Positions 7,073 through 12,496 of a stretch of 12,496 bases of DNA are shown piece after piece (within the stretch, counting starts at the first letter, position 1; every line of letters begins with the position of its first letter). Location: contig CAYVLA010000092.1 in NCBI GenBank assembly GCA_964452145.1, positions 1 through 12,496 of the forward strand, given 5' to 3'. A program made the translations under genes and the position numbers. Origin of the DNA: Candidatus Hadarchaeota archaeon. Its GTDB lineage: Archaea; CAYQAE01; CAYVLA01. Below the pieces are notes generated by a model. The model was not told where the DNA came from, did not search any database, and saw only the letters and a program-made list of their open reading frames with translations.

Positions 7073-9838
7073 TCACAGAAGCGACTCAAACCGGTGCTCA
7101 CCGGATCCTGCCTCGAACAGGGCGAACCCGGGTGCGCTCTGAAGCAAGGGCTTGCAGGCGCTATCCGGTGAGCGCACATCATCGGGGTCTGACGAGGGCA
7201 TGTACACCAGCGCCGTAACATTGGGGGGCAACGTAACCGTCAAGGTCAAGCGCCTCTTTCTCCGGATCCAGTGTATCGAAATCGCACCGCGGATCGATTC
7301 ATACTCTCCCTTGACCCAATCCAGGCCCGGAGGGATCTGCGGACGGATGACAACCCGCTGGAAGCCCGGGAACTGCGGATCAGGCAGGACACCAAGCAAG
7401 GCATGGTAGAACCAGAAGCCTATGTTGCACCGACCCGGGTGCGGTATCATGCCACCATGGAAATGCTCCGGCAGAATCGTCAACTCCTCAGGGGAATCGG
7501 GATGCTTCAACATTGTGAGCCAACTTGGCGCGGTTTCATTGGCGATGATCGACCTCGCCACATCCGAACGATTGATCGTTGTGAGCAGCTTCAGCATGTA
7601 GTAGGAACCTAGAAACCCGGTATTGCAGTGGCCGCCGTGTGTCTCGATGATATCGTGGAGGAGGTTCTCGGTGACCTGCTGACGCGAGTCCTCCGGAACA
7701 ACACCAAGGAAGAGCGCCATGGCATTGCAGGCTTGATCACCTCCGCCATAGACCCCTGCCTTGCGGTCGAAGAACTCCGGGCGATTGCACTTAGCGGCCA
7801 AGCGCTCCTGTATGTGGTGATAGCGCTCCGCATCCAACTCCTTTGACAGAACGCGGGCCATCCCTTCGGCCATGCGAAAGCAGTCGAGGATGTGCAGGGT
7901 TTCGAAGAGATCACCTGTGTGGGGATCGTACCAACGAGAGCTAGGACGGAGATGGTCTCCATAGCCGCTTTCAGCATCGCCATGGTCCGGGGGTGCCTGC
8001 CAGGTTCGCTTGGCATCGTCGCGCGGGATGCACAGTTCAAGCCATCGGGTGATCGCTGGATAGCTGGCCTCAAGGATATCACGATCACCGTAGTACTGGT
8101 ACATCAGCCAAGGCGCCAGCACCAAGCCGTTCTTGCCCCAGTTCGGGCTCCAGTAGTCGAAAGCGATCGGGCCGCCGCTCATCGGCAAGTACCCATCCGG
8201 GCGTTGCTGATCTCTATGATCGGCAACCCATTTGGTGAAGAACGCGCCAACATCCTCGCAGCAGATCGCCTGTTCCAGACTCTGGATCAAACCTGAGCCG
8301 AAGCGCTCCTGCCAAGAATCCATGGGCATGCCACTCAATAGGTGCGCCGTCCAAGTCCTCCTGGCCACATCGTGAATCCTATTGAGCGCCGGATCGGAAC
8401 ACGAGAAAGCTCCTGTATGACGCAGGTCATTGCCCAGGTTCAGTCCACGCACGCTACCTATCTTCGGCTCGGGGCCTTCCCCAAAACAAAGCACCGGCAC
8501 ATACCTGAATGCTCGATGGGCGAAACGCAGTCGAACCTGCTCGTTGGCTTCTCCGCTCAGTCGGTGCCGGTCGACGCCGAAGAGGCATACCCAATCGCCG
8601 CGCCGTCCGGTCATACTCAGTTCCACCCAGCCGGAGATATGCCTGCCCAGGTCAACCTCGAACCCGCCCAGAAAGCCACCACCCATGGCAGCCATGGACT
8701 CGGCAAAGCCCGCGCGCCACTTGCTTGCCAAATGCGAGACGGAAGTCGCCCAGTTCCGCATGCCGACTTCCATCAGGAAGTCCATCAACTCGTCCGGCTT
8801 CGCCCCCGGTTTCAGGCGCCTTCGGGCGATCGGTTCAACGACCTCGGTTATGCCATTCGGTTCCATCATCCGGGCGCAAAGGCGCCTAGTCGGCGGGTCA
8901 ATCACGCGCGCGGCCCTCCACGACGCATCGTCGAATGCTGGCGTGTCCCACCCGGGAGTCTCGCAAGTCGCGTCGTAGACTTCTCCGGACATGTCGAAGC
9001 AGTATCTCCAGTGAGACCTCACCGGCGTGAACGGGCTGGCAGATGCCTTCCAGCTCTCATCCGTGACAATGACATCCCGCGCAGCATCGGAGTACTGCAC
9101 CACGAGTTGTGCTATCAGCGCATGCGGCTGTCCCCGAGGCACTCTCATCGCTGAGTGGACGGAGGGATCGCCGAACCACCCGGGTGACAACCATACGCCC
9201 AGTACGTTGTTCCCTGCATGAAGCAGATCCGTAACGTCCAGTGCGTCATACAGCATGCGCTCTGGGTAGTAGCTAAGCGTTGGTCCCAGCGGCTGACCAA
9301 TCTTCCGCCCGTTGATCGAGACCTCACAAACGCCCTGGCCGCAGATGTACAGACGCGCAGATGCCGGTCCCTTGCTCAAGTGGAACAAGCGTCGAAAGCG
9401 TGGCGCTCCGCCTTCGCCAGCGATCCATGAAGCGCGCCAGTCCTCCGATTTCAGGCCAACCTCCCACCAGGCTGGCACGGACACCCCTGCCTGACGCCCG
9501 CCCTCATCCCAAACCTGCACCTGCCACCAGCAACGCTGTCCGCTTGATAGCGGCGCGCCCGCGTAACGTACATGGGCCATCTGACCAGATGGAACCTCGC
9601 CGCTGTCCCAAAGATCAGCCTCTCCGGCGGCCAGCCGATCCGGAGAGGAAGCAACCCTGATCCTGTACGCACTCTGTCTCTGTCCCAAACCTCTGCCGAC
9701 CAGAGCCCAGCTAAGCCTCGGCGTGAGCGTATCGATGCCCAGTGGATTGACCAGATACTCACAACGTAGGCGTTCCGGCAGCAAATCGCTCGAATGAGAC
9801 CCCGTGGGCGGTTTTCGTGCATGCTGCGTACCTGGCAT
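7073..9838 (-). CDS. GH78 alpha-L-rhamnosidase-like glycoside hydrolase (divergent active site), no signal peptide
   Basis: Typical N-terminus LRCEYLVNPLGIDTLTPRLSW...QSAYRIRVAS...DLWDSG, then ARLYICGQG, GEVYDA, DLGRHISGW, FRYV, GAFSCSDPALNRI, YGDRDIL, NTGFLG, PGFQRVVIRPQ and YESIRGAISIHW. AAGGGAG precedes ATG 9838 (alternative GTG 9859). Confidence 0.9.
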   Translation of the reverse strand: MPGTQHARKPPTGSHSSDLLPERLRCEYLVNPLGIDTLTPRLSWALVGRGLGQRQSAYRIRVASSPDRLAAGEADLWDSGEVPSGQMAHVRYAGAPLSSGQRCWWQVQVWDEGGRQAGVSVPAWWEVGLKSEDWRASWIAGEGGAPRFRRLFHLSKGPASARLYICGQGVCEVSINGRKIGQPLGPTLSYYPERMLYDALDVTDLLHAGNNVLGVWLSPGWFGDPSVHSAMRVPRGQPHALIAQLVVQYSDAARDVIVTDESWKASASPFTPVRSHWRYCFDMSGEVYDATCETPGWDTPAFDDASWRAARVIDPPTRRLCARMMEPNGITEVVEPIARRRLKPGAKPDELMDFLMEVGMRNWATSVSHLASKWRAGFAESMAAMGGGFLGGFEVDLGRHISGWVELSMTGRRGDWVCLFGVDRHRLSGEANEQVRLRFAHRAFRYVPVLCFGEGPEPKIGSVRGLNLGNDLRHTGAFSCSDPALNRIHDVARRTWTAHLLSGMPMDSWQERFGSGLIQSLEQAICCEDVGAFFTKWVADHRDQQRPDGYLPMSGGPIAFDYWSPNWGKNGLVLAPWLMYQYYGDRDILEASYPAITRWLELCIPRDDAKRTWQAPPDHGDAESGYGDHLRPSSRWYDPHTGDLFETLHILDCFRMAEGMARVLSKELDAERYHHIQERLAAKCNRPEFFDRKAGVYGGGDQACNAMALFLGVVPEDSRQQVTENLLHDIIETHGGHCNTGFLGSYYMLKLLTTINRSDVARSIIANETAPSWLTMLKHPDSPEELTILPEHFHGGMIPHPGRCNIGFWFYHALLGVLPDPQFPGFQRVVIRPQIPPGLDWVKGEYESIRGAISIHWIRRKRRLTLTVTLPPNVTALVYMPSSDPDDVRSPDSACKPLLQSAPGFALFEAGSGEHRFESLL

Positions 9839-9868
9839 CGCCCCATCTCCCTTACCCACGGATCTGCA

Positions 9869-11128
9869 TCATACGCCAAGGCGTGTGGTTGCTACCTCTC
9901 GGTAGAGCCTGCGGCGGACCATCAACGACCACAGCACGAACCCACAGGCAAGGAAGGTCCCGGTAACCGCCACCCACTCCGTGAGGTAGATCCAGAGAAG
10001 AGCCCTATCCTTCAGATCCATAGCATCGTTCCTCAGAGCCGCGAAACTGGACATCGCCGACTCCATGATCTCCGTGGCATCCGCGAAGTCGTAGGCCCGA
10101 TATTTCTCGAAGGACGCCAGCCTGAGCCTGTCTATCTCCTCCATCTCGACATGTACGCCTTGCGTGTTCGCCCCAAAACTATCGATGAAGTCGAGCAGGC
10201 TTGTCAGCAGCGATCTTTCCACGTTGTAGTTGAAGTAGAGCCTGCGCAGACTGTGTAGCTGGAAGATGTCCTGGGGCAGCGGGACCCCGGTGGAGTGAAA
10301 GAGAATGTTGGAAAAAACATCGCCCGCATACTCGTTCTCAAACGGACCTGCCACCGAGACCTTCCCCGACCAGATCGGCGACCACCAGGTGGAGTCGAGG
10401 TCGTCCGCCACAACCCAGAACAATCCGCCTGTCGGTCCAACTCTCCACGAGACAAGCCAGTCAAGTTCGCGTCCAACGCCGAATCCTGAGCGCGAGACCG
10501 CCACTCGCAACTTGGCCCAGAGAGTTGCGCCGGGCCTTGTCGTCAGGTGCGTGAAGGCCCAGTCTCCCTTAACCCTCTCTATGCCCAGGGGCACGAACAT
10601 CGACAGCACAGGAGGATCGTCCTTGACGACCCTGATGCTGAAAACGTCTAGGATCTGCCTCATCTCCCCGTTGAGGTCGACGGGCAGGATCTCACTTAGC
10701 ACCGAGTTCGCCCAACTGATGTGGGCCGGAAAGAAATGGGCGGACAGATCCCCTCCCGTCGTGACGAAGGCTCCCAGGCCATTCTCAACAGCATACCTCA
10801 TGCCAGCTATCTGGGACGGGGTGAATGGCTCCAGATTCGCGTCGGGGAAGACCAAGAAGTGGAAGCCCTCCGCCAGGGCCTCCCTGGTCTTGGGGAAGTA
10901 TATACGGATCAATCTGTGCCAGTCACTGGGGCCGAAACCCGGCTGGAAGTCCACATCGGTGGGGACAAGGACATAATCGACGAGAGGATCGGTGTCGAAC
11001 CATAGCGGGATGGGCGACTCCCCCGGCAAAACCTGGCCTATCGCCAGTACGCGGATCTGGCCTGCGCCAAGGACAGCCGGTGAGAGAACCAGGAGAGCGA
11101 GAAGCGTCCAAGCGAACTTCCCAGACAT
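9869..11128 (-). CDS. Paralogue 4 of the membrane-anchored GATase1-like family
   Basis: Clean signal peptide MSGKFAWTLLALLVLSPAVLG; core FLVFPDANL...GLGAFVTTGG...WANSVLSEILPV; anchor KDRALLWIYLTEWVAVTGTFLACGFVLWSLMVRRRLYREVATTRLGV. Confidence 0.93.
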   Translation of the reverse strand: MSGKFAWTLLALLVLSPAVLGAGQIRVLAIGQVLPGESPIPLWFDTDPLVDYVLVPTDVDFQPGFGPSDWHRLIRIYFPKTREALAEGFHFLVFPDANLEPFTPSQIAGMRYAVENGLGAFVTTGGDLSAHFFPAHISWANSVLSEILPVDLNGEMRQILDVFSIRVVKDDPPVLSMFVPLGIERVKGDWAFTHLTTRPGATLWAKLRVAVSRSGFGVGRELDWLVSWRVGPTGGLFWVVADDLDSTWWSPIWSGKVSVAGPFENEYAGDVFSNILFHSTGVPLPQDIFQLHSLRRLYFNYNVERSLLTSLLDFIDSFGANTQGVHVEMEEIDRLRLASFEKYRAYDFADATEIMESAMSSFAALRNDAMDLKDRALLWIYLTEWVAVTGTFLACGFVLWSLMVRRRLYREVATTRLGV

Positions 11129-11153
11129 CGAGACCCTATCGGGTCAATGATGG

Positions 11154-11166
11154 TACATAAATATTG
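11154..11166 (-). promoter_or_regulatory. AT-rich TATA-like promoter element upstream of paralogue 4
   Basis: The minus strand reads CAATATTTATGTA, ending 25 nt before ATG 11128, in otherwise GC-rich DNA. No SD precedes the ATG. Confidence 0.45.
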
Positions 11167-11315
11167 CCCCGGACCTCGGACCCTTGGACCCCTGGGTCTC
11201 ATACTCCCTCTTTCTTTTCTGTCTCCCCCACAACGCCAAGGAGTCCTAAGGATCGTCTATTCGGGTCGATCGCCGAAGCAATGGACCATTTCAAGACAGT
11301 AGGTAAGGCGAGTTG

Positions 11316-11657
11316 ATGAAGGCCAAAATGGAGAAGGAAGACGAACGGGTTGACGAAAAACGGGGCAACGAAGGGGCAAGACGATTTCTCCTTCTAGTGC
11401 TTTCGGAGGATGAGGAAACCGAAGAGGTGCGTCGAACGATGCCCAAGCTGAAGACTTGGACGAAGATCGGGGAAATAGGCCAGGGACAACTGATTCTCTT
11501 CCGCCCCAGCGACGCGGGAGCCAAAGCCATCTTTGCTCTGTCTCCGGGGTGGCTGGCAACCTTGGAGACCGTTTTCGACGGCGAAAGGCTGGAATCCCTG
11601 GCCAAGGCGCAGGGGGATGCGGCAGAGAACCGGGCTATGCCTTCCCAGCAAGCCTGA
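11316..11657 (+). CDS. Small hypothetical protein (~113 aa), divergent from paralogue 4
   Basis: Fills intergenic space with a protein-like, Glu/Lys-rich sequence (FLLLVLSEDEE...QLILFRPSD...IFALSPGW). Purine-rich AGGTAAGG lies upstream. Starts at 11313, 11316 or 11328 are possible. No family recognised. Confidence 0.6.
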   Translation: MKAKMEKEDERVDEKRGNEGARRFLLLVLSEDEETEEVRRTMPKLKTWTKIGEIGQGQLILFRPSDAGAKAIFALSPGWLATLETVFDGERLESLAKAQGDAAENRAMPSQQA

Positions 11658-11942
11658 GCGAGTGGTTCTCTTTGCGCCGAGACCCCGCTCCATCGCACAC
11701 TGAATCGATAGGCGCCGCGCGCCTTGGAAGGGAGACTCCTTGCGCGTCAAGAAAGGTGGTCATGGAGCACATCGGAACGTAGCTCGCCAGAATGCTGTTA
11801 TGGGAGGGGACCGATCCCCATTTCGCATGACCTCGTGGTTGACAGAGAGGACCTGGTGCAAGAAAGTAGGCAGACAGCGGATACCCGGCAAGAGAGAAGT
11901 GTTCGAGCCCACCCGAAGTAGGTTTGCACAGCGAGGGAGGTC

Positions 11943-12458
11943 CTACAAGGACTCGCTGTCCTCTCTTGGCACGACTTTCTCAAACCCCACGGAATCCGCC
12001 TTCCCTGAAACCCTGTATCCAATCCCGGCAAAGAATGCCTGAGCCCGGGCGTTGTTGGGCCCGGTATAGAGCGTGATCCTACGGGCGCCCATCTTCGTGA
12101 GTTCCTTCTCGGCCTCAATCATCAGCTGAGTGCCTATGCCTTTCCTCCAGTGCCTAGGGTGCACGATTATGTCCGATATGAAACCCGTGTCAGCACTTGG
12201 ATGGAACTCCTTCCTATCAAGGGACCTGACGTAACCCATGCAGTACACGACGAAACCTGCAAGTTCACCCTGTTCGGTGCGTGCCACGAATCCTCGCTTC
12301 TGGTATGCACCGAGGTGCCTCGCCAGTTTTTCGGCGCTATCGAATCGATCGGTGTCCCAGCGCTCGTTGAGGCTCCTCAGCATCGCAATGATTTCCTCGA
12401 CATGTTGTCTCCGCAGCTTTGAGATTGCCACCACGGACGGCGGCAGACCAGTTGCCAT
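11943..12458 (-). CDS. GNAT family N-acetyltransferase
   Basis: GELAGFV; motif A GFISDIIVHPRHWRKGIGTQLM; motif B GARRITLYTGPNNARAQAFFAGIGY. Confidence 0.92.
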   Translation of the reverse strand: MATGLPPSVVAISKLRRQHVEEIIAMLRSLNERWDTDRFDSAEKLARHLGAYQKRGFVARTEQGELAGFVVYCMGYVRSLDRKEFHPSADTGFISDIIVHPRHWRKGIGTQLMIEAEKELTKMGARRITLYTGPNNARAQAFFAGIGYRVSGKADSVGFEKVVPREDSESL

Positions 12459-12496
12459 TGATATTGGTTATCAGGCGTGGCGTGAGGGGGCAAACA

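Noticed and set aside
8342..9154. 270-aa plus-strand ORF (and similarly 10305-10976)
   Set aside because: Antisense to the glycosidase and paralogue 4; expected in GC-rich DNA.
4042..11128. Diversity-generating retroelement as the source of the variable loops
   Set aside because: No reverse transcriptase or non-coding template repeat in the window. Both copies are full ORFs, and the differences include indels and do not look adenine-specific.
3..11128. Calling the paralogues active glutamine amidotransferases or LPXTG/PEP-CTERM/PGF-CTERM substrates
   Set aside because: No catalytic Cys at the elbow, and none of those sorting motifs precedes the TM helix.
11658..11942. Short ORFs and loose CAAGAAAG repeats between the hypothetical gene and the GNAT gene
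   Set aside because: The SD-like ATG at 11762 stops after 6 codons; no recognisable homology or regular spacing.

Overview
GC-rich prokaryotic window, possibly archaeal (inference only). Four paralogues of an uncharacterised family dominate it: <3-929 (+), 2735-3997 (-), 4042-5412 (-) and 9869-11128 (-). The three complete copies have a hydrophobic N-terminal leader; all four have a non-catalytic GATase1-like (DUF1355-type) domain, a helical stalk and a highly conserved C-terminal transmembrane anchor with a basic tail (AMxxKD[RK]AL[LI]W[IV]Yxx[EQ]WxAV[TS]GT...LMV[RK]Rx[LI]Y[RK]xVxxTR[LF]). They are interleaved with leaderless, probably cytoplasmic catabolic enzymes: a Cys-type sulfatase, an amidohydrolase and a divergent GH78 rhamnosidase-like glycosidase. 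A small hypothetical ORF and a GNAT acetyltransferase close the window. The candidate undescribed system is an array of membrane-anchored proteins with a conserved scaffold and anchor but variable loops, two of which sit directly upstream of glycan-degrading enzymes. No RNA genes, CRISPR arrays or mobile elements were seen.
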